NCBI GenBank assembly: GCA_028023455.1
Contig: JAQFVV010000003.1
Span: forward strand, 23,374,001 to 23,438,000
DNA from: Epiperipatus broadwayi
Lineage: Eukaryota; Animalia; Onychophora
DNA length: 64,000 nt
Reading direction: 5' to 3'
Shown piece after piece: positions 1 through 11,970 of the stretch (position 1 is its first letter; each line of letters starts with the position of its first letter). The notes beneath the pieces were generated by a model. The model did not search any database and was not told the DNA's origin. It worked only from the letters and a program-made list of their open reading frames with translations. The translations under genes and the position numbers were made by a program.

Positions 1-288
1 AGTTATTAAATATAAACATTCTTTCTCTTCACACATATTAAAACTTAAATATAAAGTTCTTACAAATCCTTAAGTTTTCTTTATTTATATGGTTAAAATA
101 CTCACAGCTTTTGCTCAGTATTAGGCCGATACTTTGATGACAACTATTGGTTTCCATAAAATTATACTGGTTTCATTAAGTTTTAATGTGAAATTTTACT
201 GACAGGGAATAAATTTGTTTACTCAAACATGAGATACATTACAACAATTATTTAAAACTATTCTTTCGTTAACTTTACTAAAATATAT

Positions 289-2041
289 TGTAACAAAATA
301 AGTATATGCCATTACATTTCTTTCAAATAGAAGTAAAAAAAAATATAAAATCATCCTTGAGTAGAAATATATGTATAAAAAAAAAGAGAATTTAATAATT
401 TGATTTGAATAATATATATAATGCACAGATGGCAAACTAATTATATAATTTAAAGTTAATATCTAAAAACAAGATTCTTTTTAATATAAAATATTTTTTT
501 TTAAAATGCTGTTAATTAGTTATTTTATTCTTAGAATGGAAATGATTTTCTATTTTGAAGTAATTGCAAACAGGCCCTTGGGCATATAGTCAGATAAGAG
601 ATAAATTAAAAAAATACTACTGATAAGAGTTGACAAAAAAAAACTTTGAAGGGAAAAGAGATATTTGTATTGCTCTTGCTGATTGTGTATTATTAAGTAT
701 ATTTATAAGGGTATTGCGGATCTCCAAAATGTAGGGGTCAGCAATAATTTATGTTTCCCGTATTTGCAACAGCTGAAGCGGTCTCCAGAATAGGATGGTT
801 CCTGGAAAATAACCAGCAACAGACTTCTCTCCATCTAAAAGAATAGGAAATGGAAAGAACTTTGAATTCTACCATGCATCAAGGATTACAAAGATGGACT
901 TTACCTATAGCATTGGAAAGTATAAACTTTTCTTTTAAATGAAGTATGAACATTAATCATATAATGCAAACTTTTTCCAGTATTTTAAATATCACTTAAC
1001 TTTTAAAAGAAATCTCTTATCTGACTAAATTTTAAATTATTTATATATGTTTTTTTAAAAATATACTTAATATCATTTCCATTCTAGTAATTTCTGTTAA
1101 ATTAATTATTTAAAGTGAGTGTGAATGGCTACATAGATTTGTAAGATTGTTAGTTTAAAGTGTGTTAATTTTGGGCTAATGGTTTCATAGTTGGATCGGT
1201 GCTAGTGGTTAGATGTACAGATATTGTATGTCAATGTAACTTGAGTAGGTGCATTGGATTCCCTTGTACCATGTTAGCATACAGGGCATAATACCCACCT
1301 GAACATATGACCTAAAAGAGTAGTCATCACGTTGTTAGTGGTCATAGATGTATTTCCTATGCCATTGATTTTCTTATGCTCTGACTGGGACAGTAAGCCG
1401 GCAAAGACCACTACCACCATTTACAGAGCTTCTCATATTATAATTTCATTTTTGTATCATGGGAAAGATGCTCATTCCTTCTCACCATGATTCATTATTT
1501 TTCTAATGATATCATGCTACAGATGTAAAATTCCTGTTAGCATGATTTTGTTATGCTAATAATCTCATTTTGCATTGGTCACATCAGTATATCAGTAAGC
1601 TAGCATTGGTTTAAATGCAAGATTTTGTTGCATAATCTATGTAGCACATTCACACTTAATAAAATATTAAAATTGTATTTAAACCAATTAAACACTTCCA
1701 TCTGTGCATATAATCCAAATCAAGTATATTTGGTTGCTTTAATTTTCAGAATCTTTTTAATGCATGTTTGCGTTATAATAAAATGTTTTGTTGAATTAAT
1801 TTTGGCAGTAAGTTATTTTATATATTTTATTAATATTTAAAATTAAGCATTAGAAATTTGAATATACAGTGTGATAGTTTAAGCTCGGCTTCTCCCTGAG
1901 CTAGCGACTGGTGCTTTCGGTTCAATTAAAAGGTAACCTCTCCTGCATGTATCTGCCTCCTATATAAATTTTCCAGGTTCAAATGGCCTGGCAGTGCCCT
2001 GGTATGGAAGATTAGGTTAGGGAGATTCATCAACCATTATA
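289..2041 (+). repeat. 5' LTR
   Basis: Colinear with 2652-4422 along its whole length; lacks a ~35-bp segment present at ~3985-4020 in the 3' copy. Confidence 0.85.
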
Positions 2042-2043
2042 AT

Positions 2044-2061
2044 TAGTGCCCAACATGGGGC
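2044..2061 (+). promoter_or_regulatory. Primer-binding site complementary to tRNA-Lys(CUU) 3' end
   Basis: TAGTGCCCAACATGGGGC vs canonical Lys1,2 PBS TGGCGCCCAACGTGGGGC (15/18, all three differences transitions), immediately after LTR1. Confidence 0.8.
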
Positions 2062-2276
2062 GATGCACTTTAACCATATGCCAGTAACAAAAAATAGTTT
2101 TTGCCAGTAACAAAAAATAGTTTTTAAATGAATTTTTGTTTATATTTTAAAGCTATAGATTATAATGTAGATGTAAAAGTACTGCCAGAATGTATATTGC
2201 ACACATATGCATGCATACACATAAGAAAGAAAACTTATGAAATATAATATTAAAAAAGTAATTTTAGGAAAGTCTG

Positions 2277-2472
<196 letters not shown>

Positions 2473-2651
2473 AAAAATAAGTTAGAAACTGTCTAATGGG
2501 AACTGCTCAGCTGATGTAAAAAGTTGGGGAGAATAGTTTTTTTTGTGTGTGAGTAATTACTAAAAAAAAATCTTTAAGAATAATGTTTTCTACTAATGCC
2601 AAGTAGATTCTTTTTTTTAAATTGTTTTGTTTTTGACGAAGTTCGGTGATA

Positions 2652-4422
2652 TGTAACGGAATAAGTATATGTCATTACATTTCTTTCAAATAGAAGTAAA
2701 AAAAATATATAAAATCATCCTCGAGTAGAAATATATGTATAAAAAAAGGGAATTTAATAATTTGATTTGAATTAATATACATAATGCACAGATGGCAAAC
2801 TAATTATGTAATTTAAAGTAAATATCTAAAAACAAGATTCTTTTTAATATAAAAGAATTTTTAAATAAATGCTGCTAATTAGTTATTTTATTCTTAGAAT
2901 GGAAATGATTTTCTATTTTGAGGTAATTGCAAACAGGCCCTTGGGCATATAGTCAGATAAGAGATAAATTAAAAAAATACTACTGATAAGAGTTGACAAA
3001 AAAAAACTTTGAAGGGAAAAGAGATTTTTGTATTGCTCTTGCTGATTGTGTATTATTAAGTATATTTATAAGGGTATTGCAGATCTCCAAAATGTAGGGG
3101 TCAACAATAATTTACATTTCCCATATTTGCAGCAGCTGAAGCGGTCTCCAGAATAGGATGGTTTTCAGAAAATAGCCAGCAATGGACTTCTCTCCATCTA
3201 AAAGAATAGGAAATGGAAAGAACTTTGAATTCTACCATGCATCAAGGATTATAAAGACAGACTTTACCTATAGCATTGGAAAGTATAAACTTTTCTTTTA
3301 AATGAAGTATGAACACTAATCATATAATGCAAACTTTTTCCAGTATTTTAAGTTTCACTTAACTTTTAAAAGAAATTTCTTATCTGACTAAATTTTTAAT
3401 TATTTATATATGTTTTTTTTTAAATATACTTAATATCATTTCCATTCTCGTAATTTCTGTTAAATTAATTATTTAAAGTGAGTGTGAATGGCTGCATAGA
3501 TTCGTAAGATTGTTAGTTTAAAGTGTTAATTTTGGGCTAATTGTTTCGTAGTTGGATCGGTGCTAGTGGATAGATGTACGGATGTTGTATGTCAATGTAA
3601 CTTGAGTAGGTGCATTGGATTCCCTTGTACCATGTTAGCATACAGGGCATAATACCCACTTGAACATATGACTTAAAAGAGTAGTCATCACATTGTTGGT
3701 GGTCATAGATGTATTTCCTATGCCATTGATTTTCTTACACTCTGACTGGGACAGTAAGCTGGCAAAGACCGCTATCACCATTTACAGAGCTTCTCATATA
3801 ATTTCGTTCTTGTATCATGGGGAAGATGCTCATTCCTTCTCACCATGATTCATTACTTTTCTAATGATATCACGCTACAGATGTAAAATTCCTGTTAGCA
3901 TGATTTTATTATGCTAATAATCTCATTTTGCATTAGTCACATCGGTATATCAGTAAGCTAGCATTGGTTTAAATGCGAGATTTTTTTGCCTAAGATTAAA
4001 AGGGATTGGGTTGGTTGTTGCATAATCTATGTAGCACGTTCACAATAAAATATTAAAATTGTATTTAAATCTATTAAACGCTTCCATCTATGCATATAAT
4101 CCAAATCAAATATATTTAGTTGCTTCAATTTTCAGAATCTTTTTAATGCATGTTTGCATTATAATAAAATGTTTTGTTGAATTAATTTAGGCAGTAATTT
4201 ATTTTATATATTTTATTAATATTTAAAATTAAGCATTAGAAATTTGAATATACAGTATGATAGTTTAAGCTCGGCTTCTTCCTGAGCTAGCGACTGGTGC
4301 TTTCGGTTCGATAAAAAGGTAAACTCTCCCGCATGTATCTGCCTACCATATAAATTTTCCAGGTTCAAATGGCCTGGCAGTGCCCTGGTATGGCAGGTTA
4401 GGGAGGTTCGTCGACCGTTATA
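2652..4422 (+). repeat. 3' LTR
   Basis: Direct repeat of 289-2041; TGTAACGG...CCGTTATA termini. Confidence 0.85.
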
Positions 4423-6039
4423 ATATATATATATTTTATAAAAAATAAAAACTCTAAAAAAATATGACCAGATTAACAAACAAAACAAGACAAGATTAGA
4501 CAAGAACCAGAACTGTTTAGACTGATTGAACACCTATATTTATACCTATTTTATCCAATGAATTCATTGGTTGATCCAAGTTCATCCCAAATACTAATTT
4601 ACATATAAATTAAATTATTTTGTCTACAAAATAATTTTCTAAAACAATATGACTCATCATTTTTATATTATATAAAATTTATTGAATATTTCATAATATT
4701 AAATATCTTTATTCAAACATTAAAACATTTCTAATAACTTGAATATTAACTTTAAAATAGAAAATATTACTTAGACAACACAATAAAAATTAATTGTTAC
4801 TTTAAATAAAATGCACAATATTATTTTGTAACATTTTAATGTATCTAATTTTTACTAACAAGAAACTAAAAATTAATATTTCTTTTCTAAAAACATTGAA
4901 AGCTCAAAGACAAACACACTTTAAAGACTTGATGATTTTCAGAACATTCTAGAATAATTTAATTACAAATTATTTATTTTATATAATATTTAATGCTGTA
5001 ATTAAACTATTATTTTCACATTATATCTTTTAAATGTGATAAATATTAATCAATTTTATCTTTTAACATAACATTTTAACATAACATATAATGTTACCTT
5101 TATTATTTAAATTGTATTAAACAATTCTAAAATACTCTAAATATCTTTATAAACTTTCTATCTAACAATTTTAAAACTACTTTACTCACAACATTAATAT
5201 AAACTAATATAAATTTTAATTTTTTTTAAAAACTAGCTATTTTTTAAGTTCTATGTAAAATGACTGTGATAAATGGCATGGACTCAATATGTATATATGT
5301 GTATGAATGCATTAATATTTGGTCTTTTTGATACAAAGACAGCATTTCAGTTGTCATGGATATGACCTATAGCATTTGAATCTAACCCAAGTAAAATTAT
5401 TTTTGAAAGGCTTAGATTTACATGGCCTGTAACTAACTCAACTATCTGTTCAACATTGGTTGGTAAATGGATATCTAGCTATTCTAATTAGACAGTAAAA
5501 CAGGGATTATAAACACCCAAACAATCACATAGGAATTAGCATACCTGGTGAGTATTACCGCCATTGTTTCTCTGTGAGAATTAATGGATTTTTGCCCTGC
5601 GGTTGAGTCTTTTGTGTGTCTTAGTTATGATGTTCCATGGAAACCATGCATCACTACTGTTAACTCCCAAGGCTAAATTACCTTTTTTTATTCTATTATT
5701 CGCTAATAGCTTTTTTGATATGTTTAATTGGAAATAAAAGTAGATTTCTAATTAAACTTATGACAAAAAAAAAAACAATGGATAAAAGAGTAAAACAAAA
5801 TGTTTTAACTTTCAGAGTTAGGTGATTGGTTGTTTTCTAACAATATCACTGCTAAACCACATTTGTGCTTATTTACAAGGAAATGATCCCAAACATTAAT
5901 TTGTTTATTTAATTGTTTTTTTAATTTCTAACTTTTGAATGTAAAATGCTATTTAGGATGGCTTTGTTTGCTAGTTTTTTACATATTGAAGAGTTTATTT
6001 CAGATATTTTTGTCTATTGTATTTAATCTGATTATATAT

Positions 6040-6500
6040 ATTAGAAGAAACTTGAACTCAGACTTTCAAGCTGCCTACTGTTGTGCACTCCATCTTATAC
6101 AATGAATACATATGACTACATACATGTGAAAAAAAGTAAATTATCTCCAATATACATATTTTGTGCTGAACCAGCACTTATCAGTTGTACAGATCATCTC
6201 CCCTCCCCCACATATATATAACCAATGCTTTGGTTATATTAAGTAGCAGATCTTCAAGCTTTAATAGACAAACCTCAATCTTCTTCACCCTACAACTCTT
6301 CAGCCATCCATATCATTAAAAATCTGATGCTGGAACACTCATAACCCTTGTTGATGCTAATATATGTCAATATTATTGACATACTCTTGTTGACTGAAAG
6401 TTATTCTGACCCCTCACTCATTGGATATTAATGTATAATAAACAGAAGATGGGTGGGCATAATACAGTCTGGTTGTGTAATATTCAAATATAAATATATT
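6040..6500 (-). mobile_element. Hammerhead-containing repeat family A (retrozyme/PLE-pLTR-like), one degenerate unit
   Basis: Homologous to units at 6915-7910, 8494-9275, 31635-32215, 43884-44164; minus-strand hammerhead at ~6143-6196 with decayed core (CTGATAA, AAAA). Confidence 0.75.
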
Positions 6501-6507
6501 GTTGTAT

Positions 6508-6777
6508 TTATATATTGAACAATTTCCATCATCTAATATGAATATTGAATGTCTTTAGAAAAATTTAACTTTATTTGAATATTCCAAATACATTGAACTG
6601 TTAGTAATAGCACACAAGTTAATATGTGCACAATGTTTTGAGAGGTATTATTCCCTCTTCTTCAGGTGTTTCTGGCCTGCCTAGTGACAGTACTAGCATG
6701 GGAATTGAACCTTGACTCTTAGATTCTAGAGTATTGAATTTTAAGGTAACACTCCAACTAACTGAGCCATCCTGCCA
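6508..6777 (-). mobile_element. tRNA-headed SINE-like element carrying a minimal hammerhead motif (family D)
   Basis: Minus strand: A box TGGCTCAGTTAG (6769-6758), B box GGTTCAATTCC (6711-6701), then CAC-CTGAAGA-AGAGG-GAATAATA-CCTCT-C-AAAA-CATT-GTG (6668-6629); second copy at 11346-11620. Confidence 0.65.
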
Positions 6778-7915
6778 AAGGCAGCAGTCAATACAAATTT
6801 CATATACTTATCTATAAGGTTCCTTCTGATTTTTTCCCACTTTTTTATAAAAAAAACTAAAACACACCATCATCACAAACCTTCAGGAAAACAATATAAG
6901 TACATTGTATATGCTAAATGTAATTAGAAGGGACTTGAACTCAGACTTTCATGCTCCTATTACTATGCACTCCATATTATACAACTGACACACATGTATC
7001 ACATACATATGAAAAAGAAAAATGATCTCCAATATATTTGTACTGATCCAGGACTCATCAGTTGGTCCAGATCACCATTTCCCACACATATTAAGACAGC
7101 CAATCTTCAAACTTTAATGAACAAGCTTCAATCTTCTTCAACCAATTTTTCAGCCGTCCATATCATTGAAAATCCAATGATGGAACACTCAAAGCCCTTG
7201 TTGATGCCAATATTATTGTCATACCCATGTTAACTTTAAGTTACTCTGGCTCCTTATATATAGGACTTAATATGTCCATTAAAATATCCTGAAGAGGGAT
7301 GGGCAGAATGCCGACTGATTATGTAATATTCAAATATAAGTGTATTGTCTATACTAAATTTAATGTAATTAGAAGGGACTTGAACTCAAATCCTCAAGCT
7401 CCTATTGCTATGCACTCCATCTTATATACTGATAGACATGTACCACATATATATGAAAAAGAAAAATGATCTCCAATATATCTGTGCTGAACCAGCATCC
7501 ATCAGTTGGCGCAGATCACTATCTCCCACACATATTAAAACAGCAAATCTTCAAACTTTAATGAATAAGCTTCAATCTTCTTCAACCTCCAATTCTTCAG
7601 CCATCTATATCATTGAAAATATAATGGTGGAACACTCAAAGCCCTTGTTGATTCCAATATTACTGTCATACTCATGTTCACTTTAAGTTACTATATATAG
7701 GACTTAATATGTCCATTAAAATATACCAAAGAGGGATAGGCAGAATGCAGACTGATTATGTAATATCAAATATAAGTGTATTGTCTAAATTAATGTAATT
7801 AGAAGGGACTTGAAACTCAAAACTTTTCAAGATCCCTAACACTATGCATTCCATCTTATGCAACTGAAACACATGACCACATGTGAAAAAGATAAATTAA
7901 TCTCCTATATATATA

Positions 7916-8420
7916 TGTAAACAAAACATATGCTTGATGGTGTTTTTGGTAGAACGCCATCTATTGTCATAATCACAAGCATTAGCAAGTTTTAACTTGT
8001 GTTTTTTTGTTTTTCATAAATGTATCTTTGAGGTCTTTCTTGCAATGATATATATTGCAAAGGCTTCTACTATGTGGTGATGCTGAACTGATATCAGACC
8101 CATGTAGCTATCTGACTTGCTATGCTGAGTTTGAAGACATTACGTGTCTAACAGATTCACGCTTGCAAGTTGAATAGAAACTGTTTCATAAATGCTCAGA
8201 GTTTGTGTTTAGATCTAGTTTCTTATTCCTGTCCTTCACTGACGATAGCAAATAGCTTGAAATCATGATCTGAATGTGGAACTAAAGTTAGAGGTAGTGA
8301 ATGCTTGCTCTGATGTTTATGTAAACAAAACATACGCTTGATGGTATTTTTAGTAGAACGCCATCTATTGTCATAAATACAAGCGTTAGCAAGTTTTAAC
8401 TTGTGTTTTTTTGTTTTTCA
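7916..8420 (+). mobile_element. Family C element: 505 bp with 101-bp terminal direct repeats (404-bp period) and an internal hammerhead
   Basis: Direct repeats 7916-8016 and 8320-8420 (TGTAAAC...TTTTTCA); flanked by (TA)n on both sides; hammerhead at 8235-8274. Confidence 0.8.
8226..8281 (+). ncRNA. Type I hammerhead ribozyme motif (family C), near-intact
   Basis: TTCA-CTGACGA(8239-8245)-T-AGC-AAATA-GCT-T-GAAA(8259-8262)-TCATGA-TC/TGAA; stem I TTCA/TGAA extended by TTCC/GGAA; palindromic stem III ATCATGAT; predicted cleavage after 8270 (AUC). Confidence 0.75.
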
Positions 8421-8493
8421 TATATATATATTTCATTCTGAACCAGCACTCAGCAGTTGGTCTAAATAATCATCTTACACACATGGATGGCTA

Positions 8494-9275
8494 AAGAGTT
8501 GGAAGGTGGTGATGATTGAAGTTTGTCCATTAAAGTTTGAGGATTTGCTATCTTAATATAAACTGAAGCACTGATTGTATATATGTGTGGAAGGCGGTAA
8601 TCTGGATCAATTGATGATTCCTGCTTCAGCATGAAATATGTATATTGGAGATCATTTATCTTTTTCACATGTATGTGGTCATATGTTTCAGTTGTATAAG
8701 ATGGTGTGCATAGTAAGGAGCTTGAAAGTCTGAGTTCAAGTTCCTTCTAATTACATTAAGTTTAGTATAGACAGTATTTTTATATGAATATTACATAATC
8801 AGCATGTATTCTACCCAGCTCTCTTCTGTGTGTTTTAATAGATGTATTAAGATCCTATATATGAGGGGTCAGAGTAAATTAAAATCAACATGGCTATGAC
8901 AATAATATTGACATCAACAAGAGGTTTGAGTGTTCCATCATTGGATTTTCAATGATATGAATGGCTGAAAAGTTCGAGGTGGAGAATATTGAAGTGTGCC
9001 CATTAAAGTTTGAAGATCTGCTATCTTAATACAAATTGATGCACTGATTGTATATATGGGTGGGAGATGGTAACCAGGACCAATTTCTGAGGTTCTGTTT
9101 CAGCATGAAATATGTATATTGGAGATCATTTATCCTTATCACATGTATGTGATCATGTGTATCAGTTGTATAGATAGAAAGCATATTGGTAGGGAGTTTG
9201 AAAGTCTGAGTTCAAGTCCCTTATAATTACATTAAGTTTAAGTATAGACAATATACTTATAATTGAATAATATAT
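8494..9275 (+). mobile_element. Inverted tandem family A units (476-bp period)
   Basis: Reverse complement of the 6915-7910 units; GAGTTCAAG anchors at 8732 and 9208; hammerhead motifs at 8599-8655 (TTGATGA...GAAA-TATGTA-TA-TTGG) and 9071-9128 (core decayed). Confidence 0.8.
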
Positions 9276-9399
9276 ATATTTGTGTGAATGGTTATAAAAA
9301 ATGTTGAAGTAATTGAGATAAATCTCAGGTGATAAATAATAAAATGATTTTCAGATATGAGGCTTAACTGTAAATAATCAGTAACTCTGCTAAACCAAC

Positions 9400-10150
9400 A
9401 ATATCTGTTCTTCTGTTGGCTGAGCAAGAATTAGATACCTTCTCAATGCAAACAGGCTTTTCTATCATCTTTCTTTAAATTTTTCATTTTTTTAAAACTT
9501 AAATTATCTTCAGTATTTTAAGTTAATACTATGAACTTCTCATAATGATATTCATCTTGATAACAGTCCCACTGCCAAATGGGATTGTGTATTTCAGCAA
9601 TTACTATTTGCTCACTAAATATGCCTAGATATTGTAAGTCCAATCTTTTGGGGTTGGCTGGGGGATAGATTTTTCAGTTTACAGTTGGAATATTATTTTA
9701 CAAACAGTTGTAAGCTTAAAAGTTCTCTTTAGGCACCTCTTACTCTGACAACTGTGAAAGGATTTCAAAAAGATTATGTAAAATATTCTGATTTACATAA
9801 TCTGTCCAGATCACTATGCCTGTGAGTTGTTCATTTAAATGGTAGAAATTCTTTATAATATCAAAGATGACTTTATTGCATAATACTAATGCTGAAGACA
9901 GTTATTTGATTTTTCTAAAGAACTGGACATAAAGTAGTGATTATCATTAAAGAGTCATCAAACTTTAAGATTGATATAATGAAATGAATTTTCCAGAGAA
10001 ACAAAGTAAAAGAATACAATGCAATTTACTGTTAGGTCTAATTTGATAACTTCCAATCTGGAATTTTCTAACTATATCAATGAAAAACTAATAGTGATAA
10101 AGTCGGCAGCACATTGGTATTCATACCTTTTTGTATTAATAGTTATACTT
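9400..10150 (-). mobile_element. Possible very decayed LINE ORF2 remnant
   Basis: Less AT-rich, coding-like stretch with a YLGI-like motif on the minus strand; clade not assignable. Confidence 0.25.
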
Positions 10151-10671
10151 AGTGTAAGATTAAGAAAATTCAGAGAAAAAAACATTTTTTTCAGATAATT
10201 CATCCCATAGATGAAACAATGAAGAAACTTCTACAAACACCAAAGTGAAACAGACATTAAAATAAATTGTACTGAAATATATATATTTTTAATTTAATAC
10301 ATATTTTTTCCTATTTCATTTATTTATTTCTCTGTTCACAATAAACCTTTTCAATAATTTTAAAATGTGCATTTTAAAATCTTACTTCAGGAACTAAATT
10401 AATCAGTTAGGTCCTGCAATTATTCCATCAATATCAATAAAAGATTTTTTTTCATAAGAACTCTATATTGCAGCCCAAAATTTTTGTAAAAAATAGTACT
10501 GAATCCATAGAATTAAAAGGGCTGTAAGTATTGAAGTTTGCAAAATGCATGAGTTACCAACCATATATATTTTACAGATTAGACAACTTCCATATTTCTC
10601 CATTCTTTTTTTTTTCATAAATAATTTCATATAAATAAAGATACAATAAAAGACAAATAACACCAAGAAAC

Positions 10672-10722
10672 ATTTTATGCTGAACCAACACTCATCAGTT
10701 GGGCCAGGTCATCATTTCTCAT
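10672..10722 (-). repeat. Isolated family A hammerhead fragment
   Basis: Minus strand GCCCAA-CTGATGA-GTGTTGGTTCAGCAT-AAAA; GAAA lost. Confidence 0.6.
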
Positions 10723-11345
10723 ATATTTATTACATAAAGAGTAGTTATGTTGAGCAAATTGTACTCCAATCCCCAACTTTTACGTTATCAGCTTTTTTGA
10801 TAAACACGTAATAATTATTCCTAATCATTTATTAAACTAGAGATTTTCTCTAGCCCAGATATAAACTTTAATCCAAGTTAAAGATTAATATATCTGATTT
10901 TCAGCACACACACATGGTTATTTACGATTCTCTTTCTCCCATGCGTAATATCTTTTTTATAGATTAGACAACCATATTTCTCTCTCTCTCTCTATATATA
11001 TATATATTACTTAGGCAGATACTATAAAGGAATTTGGGTGCATCTACATTCAAGAAATGTCACCTTGTATTAGCAGCTAGAATGTAAAGCCCAAGATTAC
11101 TATAGTCCAAGATAAAGTGATTATTGCTTTAAAAACACTTTTTCCGGAACTGTCTGATTCATTCAGTAGACTAGGCAGGACCTATGAAAATTGGATTAGC
11201 AAATTTTTTTATAACAAATGAAAAATAAAATCTGATTTAAAAATTTATCCATAAAAAGTTACAAATAAAAAATATTACAATTATGTAAAGGTAATTATAA
11301 AGAATGGTGATCATGGGTTGTCTGATGATTATGTAAAGGTATATT

Positions 11346-11620
11346 TGGAAGAATAGTTCAGTTAATTAGAGTGTTGCCTTAAATTCAATATTTATAAATG
11401 TAAAGTTAGGAAGATTCAATTCCCATGCTAATTCTGTAAACCATCAGGCCAACAACACCTGAAGAAGAGAGCAGAATAATACAACTTGAAATGTTGTTAT
11501 ATATACTAATCTATATGCTACTAGTAACTGTTGGTTGTATTTGGAAAATTTAAATAAAGTTTGAATTTTTCTAAAGATATTCAATATTTAATAGATGATG
11601 AAAATAGTCCAACATATAAT
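11346..11620 (+). mobile_element. Second copy of tRNA-headed hammerhead element (family D)
   Basis: Colinear with reverse complement of 6508-6777; CTGAAGA at 11459-11465, GAAA at 11488-11491. Confidence 0.6.
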
Positions 11621-11970
11621 TATTTTAGTGATACAGTATCTTGGGAACTAGATATTAGCCATACACTGTCTGTAGTGATGATTAAACCCCACAGGACTTC
11701 ATGATGAAAGAAATAAGATTTCTTTATAATAAATATCTCATTTATATAAATATATTATTTATATGCACGATAATCAAATTAAGTTGAATAAGAACTTAGA
11801 AAGATCATAACATGCATACAAAGGAATTGTTAGGTATAAAAATGAATAATAATATATTTAACTTATAAATAATTTCCTTTATCTATTACTATCAATTAAT
11901 ATAAAATAACTATATTTTTGTTATACCTAAATACTAAATATATAGGTAAATATATCAAAAGCATATAATG

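Larger units (their letters stand above)
6915..8494 (-). mobile_element. Tandem array of family A units (periods 445 and 430 bp), third unit interrupted by family C insertion
   Basis: TAATTAGAAGGGACTTGAA anchors at 6921, 7366, 7796; minus-strand hammerhead remnants at ~7023-7074, ~7467-7518 and split 7900-7915/8421-8465. Confidence 0.8.

Noticed and set aside
6994-7686. Repeated ORFs (6994-7233, 7405-7686; also 8462-8668, 31872-32111) sharing K.AN...TLM
   Set aside because: They are translations of family A units antisense to the ribozyme; frames and stops differ between copies. The faint likeness to a GIY-YIG tail (YIK..NP.L) is too short to support.
6915-7910. CRISPR-like array
   Set aside because: Units are 430-445-bp tandem repeats without unique spacers, in a eukaryotic context.
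7916-8420. Canonical TRIM (TG...CA repeats, ATCAGAGC PBS-like on the minus strand)
   Set aside because: The PBS lacks TGG, no PPT is seen and there is an internal hammerhead; kept only as the alternative hypothesis.
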